DNA of 20,000 nucleotides from IMG/VR virus record IMGVR_UViG_3300012274_000094, positions 45,909 through 65,908 of that record; one strand, given 5' to 3'. This document shows, in pieces, positions 11,801 to 17,100 of this stretch (within the stretch, counting starts at the first letter, position 1; every line of letters begins with the position of its first letter). Origin of the DNA: an uncultured virus (IMG/VR IMGVR_UViG_3300012274_000094). Its lineage: Duplodnaviria; Heunggongvirae; Uroviricota; Caudoviricetes. A program made the position numbers and the translations under genes. A model generated the notes under the pieces. The model did no database searches. It was not told the DNA's origin and saw only the letters and a program-made list of their open reading frames with translations.

Positions 11801-13400
11801 AATGATGGAAACGACTGCAGGTTCTCAAGCCAAAGTTGATATTCCAATGGCTCAGTTAAGTGATATTGCAGCTGATAATAAACTTACACCCGTTGAGAAA
11901 AAACAGGCGAAGTTGGTGTGGGATACTCTTTATCAAACTGATACAAGCTTACGAGCTGAGGCTGTCACTTATGGTATATCTTCAGCTGCTTATGCAACAG
12001 CTTTTAGTACTTTAAATACATATTTGGCTTCTTTGTTTGCCAATATGAATACAACCAGTACGATTGATCGAAATCAGTTTATTACTAACTTTGCGAATGT
12101 ACACAATGCACGTCAAGCATTGGTAAGAGCAATATCTGAAAAGGCAAAAGAGATAGCCGATTCTGCAAAAGACTTAGCATCAACTACAAAAGCGACATTA
12201 GAGCGTGATTACATGACGTCTACCAAGACGAATGAAGCAATTGCATCTTCAACTGAAAGAATGTCTGCTCTGTATTCTGCAAATGGTCAAAAGATCATGG
12301 CTTCAGTACTAGATACATGGCAAAAAGATTGGTTGGTAAAAACACCAAGTGGAAACAAACCTGAGCTAAATTTAGTGGCTGATGCAACTTGCCGTGGGGG
12401 ATATGCACTAAGAATAGGTAATAACGTTGGAAATGATGAAGCTTGGTTAAATTGGTTTGCTTCTTTGCCAATCGATGACAACAAATACTATCGAGTGAAG
12501 TATAGATTCCGCCGTGTAAGTGGTACGGGGGTTGTATACGTAGGTGCAACTTGTCAGAACGCCACTAAAACTAAATATGTGGCTCAAGACAACACCGAAA
12601 TTAATGATATTGGATCGAGTCATTATCTTGTTGCTGGTACCGCACCAGCGCTGGGAACTTGGATAACTGGAACTGCATATTTCAAAGGTAGATCTGCTGG
12701 TGCAAGTGCAGGTGCCGGCACTCTACTAAGTCCAAAAACATTTGCAAATAAAGCTGCTTTCTTTACTCCAATGATCATCGGTAACTATTCAGGAAAAGCT
12801 GGTGAGGTGGATCTAGACTTTATTGATATTGAAGATGCAGACAATATTGCAGATTTTGAAAACTTTAAAACCACCTATACAACTGATGTGGGTGCATATG
12901 CTGGCGCATTACAAACATTAGTATCTGTTTACGGCCAAAATGCTATCAAGCTTAAATCGCAAGCTGACTTGATTGATGGTGTGAAAGGTAAATACGTAAT
13001 GGGCATGGATAATAACGGTGTGTTTTCTGGCATGTCTATGGTCAGTGAGCAAACGAATGGAACCGTTATCAGTTCAATAGGTTTTCAAGCGGATAAAATA
13101 TTCTTCACTACTGGTACTTCTTCTACTAAATATATGCCGTTCATAATCCAAGACAATCAAGTTGTCATGAACAGTGATGTATTTATTAAGAATTTGACAG
13201 CTGCAAACTTCAAAGCGAAGTCTTTAACAGCTGAACTGTTTAAAGTCGATAAATTGAGCGCGATTGCTAGTGAGTTGGGGACCTTAACTACGTACAAGGA
13301 TCCGGCTAAACCCAATGGTGCAAGAATGGTTTTAAGCGGCAGTTTAATTACGGTTTACGATGATAATAATGTTGTCAGGGTTAAATTAGGGCTGTGGTAG
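2895..13400 (+). CDS. Giant (3501 aa) baseplate spike / central tail fibre fusion: gpV/gp5 OB-fold + beta-helix, coiled coils, multiple CBM-like modules, ILEI-like domain, DUF1983/gpJ-like C-terminus
   Basis: N-terminal OB-fold AKILSY...VQ/HIHGL...GEDVYVFFENGNEERPVI and GNSTLT/GNSTVV/GNTSVA beta-helix repeats. Internal repeated globular modules are separated by heptad linkers. C-terminus GMDNNGVFSGM...FQADKIFF...PFIIQDNQVVMN..FIKN...ITVYDDNNVVRVKLGLW. Confidence 0.85.
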   Translation: MNGYKRAKILSYNAKGRTAQVHIHGLTDGASEGITATFAYPVGDSDLDTEIQIVDGEDVYVFFENGNEERPVIHSYVSHGDGAIVGVRRIRQDNIEFISKENLKVDSGTTVSIKTPLMNVQANTQQTGNSTLTGNSTVVGNTSVAGNSSVAGSMAVGTTLTVAGVPIDPKAIEGAFKDALDKLESLKEDLKEQGEKIDENKDQVSQEIDEKIKEVEELIDNIKDSDAYKLLEEGINHIDEEVQKIHDQVKEVGQIAQNKVDEIRAYIDQEIVDTKQIVEQHVSDANIRLDEANQRIDQSIQANEALVADAQQRAIRAEKELDDKIGFIKRETDSIIADVRSDADEIRIVAENAKKVADQEVLDRNKQAAETLIVIDQTKAALKQDIDQSLVKAGQMIDDAKLALGEETNTLINQKIEPIVSQTEAAVKKVDQVAAQYVDLNKKVDSGFLAEAEARANDKEALTQSFELKFAEMQTELGKSNALISEEIKTLAAKDKAITEQISTAQSQIGDNKAAINNVERTVVDLGKSVAEKTDQIQASLDTTNASLLSANELARMQSLGKPLRDDPTFLSGNGGLSAYAVPAGSTLTRQAKSTDNPVNSTHEMLLRSTASLGGGWYPTVPTLVAAPNKTFLIKQIIKMPKGTYLLPVGNATGTGGYLRVLGNKEGTGKFEVYYSVVQCGYDAPAAIHGHFRVLAGTNPPLPSTSSPVDVILADYEVWDITALNDTIPKAWRDQITGNASYIEKVESSVKLVDEKLVSEAKKLEELKTDYNSNKTKTTSDLATITQSVSDGDKALSLRIDQTKAALEEADRQSNSNILEVTESLAEFEQSTTTKFTELDTSISKENLKVQGQIVDVQKSVSTLESNTNTKISGLSSSLKTTDDIAKLAFDNAAEAQQTGTTAVKATEALSQNLLSLKSQTQVTTGVRAVVTAKGIDDWSTWRTTGEAKVLQDSDAFGGYILELGNNAGNDEVWVHWKELVKIIPDTLYRVRARFRRVAGENGSIYLGVACKTADQTKYVTTTNNLAADMGSSNYLLSAIKPNLGEWQEVVLYLKGKSTGAATGLGTIDNPRTFPAQAEFYAPMFIGNYAAQPGISQLNYIIVEDNNSLASANDATATANDLFKTATNRTEAEAERTSKLESRMQNAESGIQSNAQALLKTATKSDLESAMGRVATDITAAVNNIKIGGVNAVANSEAPRTSTAATSREYLMYERSKELKAFYDENLDKPVTISFDVSVPVAGTVQVYSSNGSAHYFTTSVTVTKANEFQRFAVTVSPKVHTGSTTESTIEFYGTYGSGRIPTIQKLQIEAGNKATAWSPSPRDTQSSLDANAEAIKVTQAEVKKNGDTLSSQSIDISKLRNDLTLTNTEVGKKASSEALETTNSKVTEQAGQIKAVTEQANTLSANLSKSAPAGTNLLINSNVIGNYDGVSYPHVLYKMGEDWEVGAKYTLLWCAEHKRNNADTNSTLGAYVGGGQQVVQSLTNSNGKVVSKITFTKNSSGLGKYVNFYMLNRPSAAQGSIGTVYWAVLVKGELITTDSWIASPYDFNAAFDQVSANLTEFKQTYVTERDALAQRTSKLEVGMTDVEKNIFNTAQALNNYATNAKLDEVTASQTKTFNTSLTKLDEALKSANDSDSLAGDYNCKNPDMWYSHYGYDISQYFKTTTTGKIGNTVFRKDTSNPVNCFNYNKQSLPNTRTYIVSFLVRRSSDSNGLCYIPIGRAKNDGVFSTANYTSVSVPIAEIPANETWTLISKVINMTSVDDTYPQIQLGIALGHTGNAGWWEAQAYKITPVLNESDVDSTIVKSSILVDYSSKSDTTKAISAATESLKAKFRQKFGDLWTNSSATLDSTRYTKTETNQAIAEESKIIKAAISTSGGDNIIKNGDFSKPLEISNWRQNAAVAGSLLEVYKDSNGVTWGHFKSTNTATYFKGFIETITLAEGLEGNQKYTLSFKAKSLTAAQSQILLIIHRRDAAGSNNQIGTSWNNISTDKEVLCTYTFDTNLVDLQYINVILYAQIGFAPDFLIREVQIEKGELATGFRKNPRELEKGLEANATAIEGTKADVKKNGEQIASISENYVTLKSAVDNNKLSVDGKFQEINSTISDNQQNTTQSISNLESSYKQLNQDLGQVFNYRVYSCGWNGFFTGIKNLKGEIKSVASARGFSVHVLAADGSIASSTRYDTYAAIANATAMSNAIAAIPNDTFVIVTNYDSIGVNIATVRNALISLGANPFTIDQITGRDAYILVGQKGIGSGRGIELHSTPDTGPNGAKQIMLAVQVVSGIPIGLANNSGNLQKVLENHAQILQEKITRSDAKEVFAEEIKVFKAQLDTLRYSEENWILLGDDTKNLSITTGTNRTVAVWELQYKHKEIPIDKGDPVVARIKYTAAAGLVGATCSIQFHGATYSIGLPSFIVAASGEIELTGIFPSDLKASAYEGIPLGLRFDNAPSGGTFTVTNMFISRGNSAPNFKGGFRSSLKQNAQFVEDTFIKADANKGVIAQQIQQYDAGVPGGLSTVVKTTKATADQTSQDLATLKNTEISQLQTSTNNLGSALENTTMLAMMITNGKLVQGDVNFKKGNNVVGVYNNAGNGNVTVTRVAKSADNPTTSTHELEIKTIGAANPVWGGFFQLVYGRANAVFVIKYLIKLPVGYKLMNAGNAMGTGAIDRFIGSTEGTGKFETYIRMIKCGAAGTFSNSGHVYVAGGSTPTATVPLVWTLAQIEQYDVTDYASADPTLQDFVSTATDSISTLTNFKETWAAKLSEMSSKLDSKNGAYILNADMTNTNVERAIAASSQKITSEYTNAMSVQPLGSGGGKIFVKPLTWRQPITTTGTLVIKTPITIGAFMTKVKISGYNYNNKEDNIFDLDLAFYAYTSTVPFYPNMTSRSFGITLDESNTTTKGLALALDSNNKVCILITKKDAWSYPAITVESATITHTNPPDNFKEGWSAAIETDLSVYKSVTPFTVTSMMETTAGSQAKVDIPMAQLSDIAADNKLTPVEKKQAKLVWDTLYQTDTSLRAEAVTYGISSAAYATAFSTLNTYLASLFANMNTTSTIDRNQFITNFANVHNARQALVRAISEKAKEIADSAKDLASTTKATLERDYMTSTKTNEAIASSTERMSALYSANGQKIMASVLDTWQKDWLVKTPSGNKPELNLVADATCRGGYALRIGNNVGNDEAWLNWFASLPIDDNKYYRVKYRFRRVSGTGVVYVGATCQNATKTKYVAQDNTEINDIGSSHYLVAGTAPALGTWITGTAYFKGRSAGASAGAGTLLSPKTFANKAAFFTPMIIGNYSGKAGEVDLDFIDIEDADNIADFENFKTTYTTDVGAYAGALQTLVSVYGQNAIKLKSQADLIDGVKGKYVMGMDNNGVFSGMSMVSEQTNGTVISSIGFQADKIFFTTGTSSTKYMPFIIQDNQVVMNSDVFIKNLTAANFKAKSLTAELFKVDKLSAIASELGTLTTYKDPAKPNGARMVLSGSLITVYDDNNVVRVKLGLW

Positions 13401-13405
13401 TGAAG

Positions 13406-13432
13406 AAGGGCTAGTTATCTAGCCCTTTATAT
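13406..13432 (+). terminator. Hairpin / probable weak terminator after the giant tail gene
   Basis: AAGGGCTAG-TTAT-CTAGCCCTT followed by TATAT, ending just before RBS GGGAGGA. Confidence 0.6.
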
Positions 13433-13444
13433 TGGGAGGACAAT

Positions 13445-13765
13445 ATGCCACAAGGCTTACAATGTTTTGATGAAACTGGGAAGATTGTTGTTGATGTTAC
13501 AGATCGTCAAATGCACTTAATACATACTTTTGAAATCTCTTTAGGTTCTAATGAGTATTATAAGGATTATGTTTATGACGGTATTTCATCTGAAACTCAT
13601 ATAGCAATTGTTAGAGAAGACTGCTTAGGTAATATGACTCAGCAATACCCTACACTTGCTTACCATGGTGGGCCTTTTGCGTCTATTTATACACCTAATG
13701 TAGTAAGAGTGAGTGCATTATCTGGTTTAGCCCTTCTTACTGTTGATATTTATAGGTATGGATAA
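13445..13765 (+). CDS. Tail-tip accessory protein (type found downstream of gpJ-like central fibres)
   Basis: 106 aa with strong RBS GGAGGA. N-terminus MPQGLQCFDETGKIVVDVTDR is typical of small gpJ-associated tip proteins. Confidence 0.65.
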   Translation: MPQGLQCFDETGKIVVDVTDRQMHLIHTFEISLGSNEYYKDYVYDGISSETHIAIVREDCLGNMTQQYPTLAYHGGPFASIYTPNVVRVSALSGLALLTVDIYRYG

Positions 13766-14427
13766 TGTCTGGTTTTGAAGTAAGTAATGATAAAGGTGAA
13801 ATTATTGTTAGTGACACTTACAGACATTTAGGTGTAAATTCTGTACAAGTGTTAGATGGTGGTGCACCTAGTTCAATAGGTGCATCTTCTGGTTGGGCAC
13901 CTAGTTTTATTCAAACCCCTAGTTTGGTATATCCTTCTTTTCGTAATGATTTACCAAAAGAGACTCTTTATATTTTAAACCTATCAGAAGGTACAGAGTT
14001 TTGTGGGAAATATTGGCATAGTGTGCATAACAATAATATTTCATTTTTAAGTTATGACTACACTAAAATCTCTGGTTATTTAGATGTATATGATGAGCAA
14101 GGTAATTTAATCTGGTCTGCTATATCTGCTAAAAATGTTCCAAGGATAGTGCAAACATATCAATTAACAGCAGATAACTTATTAAACGGTATTACGCTGA
14201 GCATTGGTTCTAATGTGGGTATCTTACTAAATACTTTACCTTCATGGTTTAGACCGGGACCTATGAATAACTTAAATAGAGGGGGCGTGTTTGGTAGATA
14301 CTCTAACAGTCAGTTACAATTACAGTTTGCTGCTGCTGCTAAATTAAATGATATCTCCCCAAGGATTATTGAAAATTTAGGGCCAAATGGCACTCTTCCT
14401 GTTCATATTACCTCTTTTGCATCATAA
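13765..14427 (+). CDS. Putative receptor-binding tail-tip protein
   Basis: 220 aa with TAATG overlap. Two related motifs, GFEVSNDKGEIIVSD and GYLDVYDEQGNLIWSA, are typical of gpJ-associated tip proteins. Confidence 0.65.
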   Translation: MSGFEVSNDKGEIIVSDTYRHLGVNSVQVLDGGAPSSIGASSGWAPSFIQTPSLVYPSFRNDLPKETLYILNLSEGTEFCGKYWHSVHNNNISFLSYDYTKISGYLDVYDEQGNLIWSAISAKNVPRIVQTYQLTADNLLNGITLSIGSNVGILLNTLPSWFRPGPMNNLNRGGVFGRYSNSQLQLQFAAAAKLNDISPRIIENLGPNGTLPVHITSFAS

Positions 14428-14441
14428 GGTTACTAGATAAA

Positions 14442-14469
14442 AAGAAAGCCCCTTAATTGGGGCTTTCTT
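14442..14469. terminator. Bidirectional Rho-independent terminator
   Basis: AAGAAAGCCCC-TTAATT-GGGGCTTTCTT between convergent genes (14427 and 14484), with an A-run on the left and a T-rich tract on the right. Confidence 0.85.
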
Positions 14470-14483
14470 CATTTAAATGCATT

Positions 14484-14678
14484 TTATACAGGTTGATCTG
14501 GACTTTGTGGTTCTTCTACCAGCGTATAATTAACAGCTACAGCACCAGTATCAAGATCCCAACCTAAATTCAAAGTTTTGAAAGCAGGGCGATTGTTATA
14601 TTTCTGATTATTAACAATATCCTTAGTTTTTTGAGCAAGTTCGATATCTAAATCGGTAAATACTTTTACTTCAGCCAT
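14484..14678 (-). CDS. Small hypothetical protein (64 aa)
   Basis: RBS AGAGGA a few nt upstream of ATG on the - strand. Fills the gap between the terminator and the divergent TGGAAC element. Confidence 0.7.
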   Translation of the reverse strand: MAEVKVFTDLDIELAQKTKDIVNNQKYNNRPAFKTLNLGWDLDTGAVAVNYTLVEEPQSPDQPV

Positions 14679-14718
14679 GAGCTTTTCCTCTAAAACAGAT
14701 TAAAAAATATGTGCAGAT

Positions 14719-14759
14719 AGAATTGCATGCTGTGGATTTATTGAATCTGTACGGTTCCA
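14719..14759 (-). promoter_or_regulatory. Putative late promoter TGGAAC-N29-AATTCT for the 64-aa gene
   Basis: GTTCCA at 14754-14759 (TGGAAC on the - strand) and AATTCT at 14724-14719, with the same spacing as the other copies. Confidence 0.5.
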
Positions 14760-14767
14760 ATTAACTT

Positions 14768-14830
14768 TGGAACTCATCTAATAGTTAAAAATTGGTAGCC
14801 ATCAAAATACTTAATTATTTAGGTATTTTG
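14768..14830 (+). promoter_or_regulatory. Putative late promoter TGGAAC-N29-CAAAAT plus RBS-occluding hairpin for the portal gene
   Basis: TGGAAC 14768-14773 and CAAAAT 14803-14808. Stem CAAAATACTTAA (14803-14814) / TTAGGTATTTTG (14819-14830) with one G-U pair; the right arm contains TAGG. Confidence 0.6.
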
Positions 14831-14838
14831 GCTTAGTT

Positions 14839-16374
14839 ATGTCTTCTCGGTTCTTATCGTTGTTACTCGGTGAAAATGTTAATTCATATGATCAGCAATT
14901 TGATGCCTCAAATCAGGATGCTACGGCGCAGCTTTATGAATCCATGGCACCATTTTCACTTGGGACCAATCAAACTAAAGCCAATAAGAAGCGTACTCGA
15001 AAAGAAATTTTCACCAAATGGGAGAGAATGTTACGCTTTGCCCCTATCGCAGAGGGTATGGGGATTCATGTTTCTGCAGCTTTAGGCGGAGATTCTTATA
15101 GCGGCCAACAAGTGTTTATTACACCAGCACAACGTTTGAAAAAGGGAAATGGCCCAGCAGCTGAAAAAATCAAAAAGCAGCTAGATGAACGCCGTGATGT
15201 CATGGAAAAGCTGATCAATAAGTATTTAAGTAAGCTTGCCCGAGATGCGATTTCATTTGGCGATTCTTATGCCCGAATTTATGGCAAAAAAGAAAATGGA
15301 GTAATTGACCTCCTTTGTAATGAGTATACTTATCCGCCATTAATACAGCCATTCGAACAGGGCAGTAAAACTGTCGCATTTTTTTGCTTAGATCCTCGAA
15401 ATTGGCAGAAAACTATTACCAAACTAAATACTATTCAAATGGTACGTTTCAAAATGCCCCGTATGAGCAATATTGCTCAATATGAACTTGTTGAAACTGG
15501 CCTTGTAACTAAAATGTTAGAAGGAGATGACCCAGATGAATTACCGATTTTACCAGCGCATTTAGGTGGTTCATTTCTATACGAAATTGAAGAAGTTTAT
15601 GATGATGTGATTCTTGCATTGGCATCTATGAACAGCCAGCAGATTGCAGATACAGTAAATCAGATGTTCTTGACGGTAAATATGTCTGGAATGCCGCCAG
15701 CACAACGCCAAGCCTATGTTCGGGGTTTAGAAGGTTTACTTAAAAATCATGAGACATATGTTCGTGATGCTTTATCTGGTGGCGAAGCCGTTTGGAATAC
15801 TGCTTTTCATATGCTGCCAGTATTTGATGAAAAGCAAGTTCTAAATCCTGTTGGTGATATCAAACTTCAAAGAAGCTCACCTATTAATATTGAACAATTC
15901 ATGATTAATGTCCGTTTGTTAATGGGCGGGATAGGTCTAGACCCAAGTATGGTAGGGTGGGCTGACATGTTAACTGGTGGTATTGGTGAAGGAGGAGCGT
16001 TCCATACCTCAGCGCAAATAATGCGTAGGTCACAAGATATTCGTACAGCAGTAACTGAAGGGATTAATCAGATTCTTCATTTGGATTGGGGATTTGCATT
16101 TAATGAACAATTTGAGCCTAAAGATTATCCTTGGCAAGTTGAATATTATACAAACCAAACTGCAGCAGCTACTGAAGAAATCAGTAATGCCCAATCTAGA
16201 ATGAATACAACACTACTTAAAACCCAAGTGATTGCCGCTTTAAAGGAGACAAACTTAGATGTAGAAACTATGGCCTATATTCTAGAGCGCGATGCAGGTA
16301 TGAAATATGATGAAGCTCAATTATTATCTGAAAGTATTTTTAAGAGCCGTAAATTTCCTGAGGATGATGAATAA
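14839..16374 (+). CDS. Probable portal protein (P1 Prt / T4 gp20-like)
   Basis: 511 aa. Portal-like motifs WERMLRFAPIAEGMGIHVSAALG, LARDAISFGDSYARIY, VNMSGMPP, LMGGIGLDPSMVG. Confidence 0.65.
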   Translation: MSSRFLSLLLGENVNSYDQQFDASNQDATAQLYESMAPFSLGTNQTKANKKRTRKEIFTKWERMLRFAPIAEGMGIHVSAALGGDSYSGQQVFITPAQRLKKGNGPAAEKIKKQLDERRDVMEKLINKYLSKLARDAISFGDSYARIYGKKENGVIDLLCNEYTYPPLIQPFEQGSKTVAFFCLDPRNWQKTITKLNTIQMVRFKMPRMSNIAQYELVETGLVTKMLEGDDPDELPILPAHLGGSFLYEIEEVYDDVILALASMNSQQIADTVNQMFLTVNMSGMPPAQRQAYVRGLEGLLKNHETYVRDALSGGEAVWNTAFHMLPVFDEKQVLNPVGDIKLQRSSPINIEQFMINVRLLMGGIGLDPSMVGWADMLTGGIGEGGAFHTSAQIMRRSQDIRTAVTEGINQILHLDWGFAFNEQFEPKDYPWQVEYYTNQTAAATEEISNAQSRMNTTLLKTQVIAALKETNLDVETMAYILERDAGMKYDEAQLLSESIFKSRKFPEDDE

Positions 16375-17027
16375 TGGCTTTTTTTGAATATGAAACACAG
16401 AATAAAACGTCTAATAACAGTTTTGGTAATGTTATAAGTCCATTCAAGGAACGTTTTGCAAGAAATCCTGTCTTATGGTCTGGATTGACAGTTGATAAAG
16501 CTGTTTCTCATTATCAAGAGCTCTATGCATTAGGAACTCTCTCAGCCGCTCATTTTGGAATAGAAATTAGACCTTATCGGGCAAATAGTAAGATTGCCCA
16601 AGCGAATATTCCAATTTTTGATCCTTCCAATAAAATCGCATGGTTAGCCAATAATGTTGATGTATCTCTTCTGGATGCACAAACAGATTCAGTACATGTT
16701 GGACACCATCAACTCAACTATATAACCGGTAATGCCTCGAATGAATTAAGTATCTCATTTATTGAGACTAAAGCTGCAGCTATTGCAAATAGTGCATTAG
16801 CCATAAAGCAGATAATGTTTAATAAAGATGGTACACAACCGCCACCTATAGAATATTTAATGCGTTTGAAAATATATGCTTTTGATAAAGCTGTAAGATC
16901 TCAACATCATTTTGAAATTGAGCATTTAGTATCTCTACAAGCTGGTAATTTGCCTCTAGATGCCGCAAATAAAGCCCATTCAATAGTCACTTTAAATTTC
17001 ACTAAAATGTTCCCGAACTTAAAATAA
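16374..17027 (+). CDS. Tube-fold baseplate/tube-initiator protein (P1 Tub / T4 gp48-gp54-like)
   Basis: 217 aa. LANNVDVS...TDSVHVG...NYITG...ELSISFIET...DGTQPPPIEYLMRLKIY...IVTLNF pattern resembles tube-fold proteins. Confidence 0.55.
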   Translation: MAFFEYETQNKTSNNSFGNVISPFKERFARNPVLWSGLTVDKAVSHYQELYALGTLSAAHFGIEIRPYRANSKIAQANIPIFDPSNKIAWLANNVDVSLLDAQTDSVHVGHHQLNYITGNASNELSISFIETKAAAIANSALAIKQIMFNKDGTQPPPIEYLMRLKIYAFDKAVRSQHHFEIEHLVSLQAGNLPLDAANKAHSIVTLNFTKMFPNLK

Positions 17028-17031
17028 GCTA

Positions 17032-17095
17032 TGGAACTCATTGGCTTTTTACATTCAATAGATTGAGAAAATATCCTCAAATTAAAATGAGGATA
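17032..17095 (+). promoter_or_regulatory. Putative late promoter TGGAAC-N29-GAAAAT plus RBS-occluding hairpin for the darA-like gene
   Basis: TGGAAC 17032-17037 and GAAAAT 17067-17072. Perfect 8-bp stem TATCCTCA (17072-17079) / TGAGGATA (17088-17095) containing the GAGGA RBS of GTG 17101. Confidence 0.65.
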
Positions 17096-17100
17096 ACTCC

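Noticed and set aside
1328..12549. Numerous short alternative-frame and antisense ORFs within the structural genes
   Set aside because: Fully overlapped by long, well-supported CDSs, with no recognisable motifs.
6089..13099. Other intragenic TGGAAC copies (6089, 6773, 8837, 13058 etc.)
   Set aside because: Expected by chance in 20 kb. Most are deep inside the giant CDS with no nearby start; 13058 has TAAAAT at +36 rather than +35 and is followed by a terminator-like hairpin.
902..13400. Tailocin, eCIS or T6SS (VgrG) interpretation
   Set aside because: Portal-like and DarA/DdrB head-associated genes indicate a capsid-bearing phage, and hub and spike are separate genes.
2895..13400. Tape measure protein
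   Set aside because: Despite its size and coiled coils, it has a spike OB-fold, beta-rich modules and a gpJ-like end rather than TMP features.
2895..14427. DGR or invertase-type (Cin/shufflon) tail-fibre diversification
   Set aside because: No reverse transcriptase, recombinase, near-identical nucleotide repeat pair or inverted alternative C-termini were seen; the duplicated modules are old and diverged.
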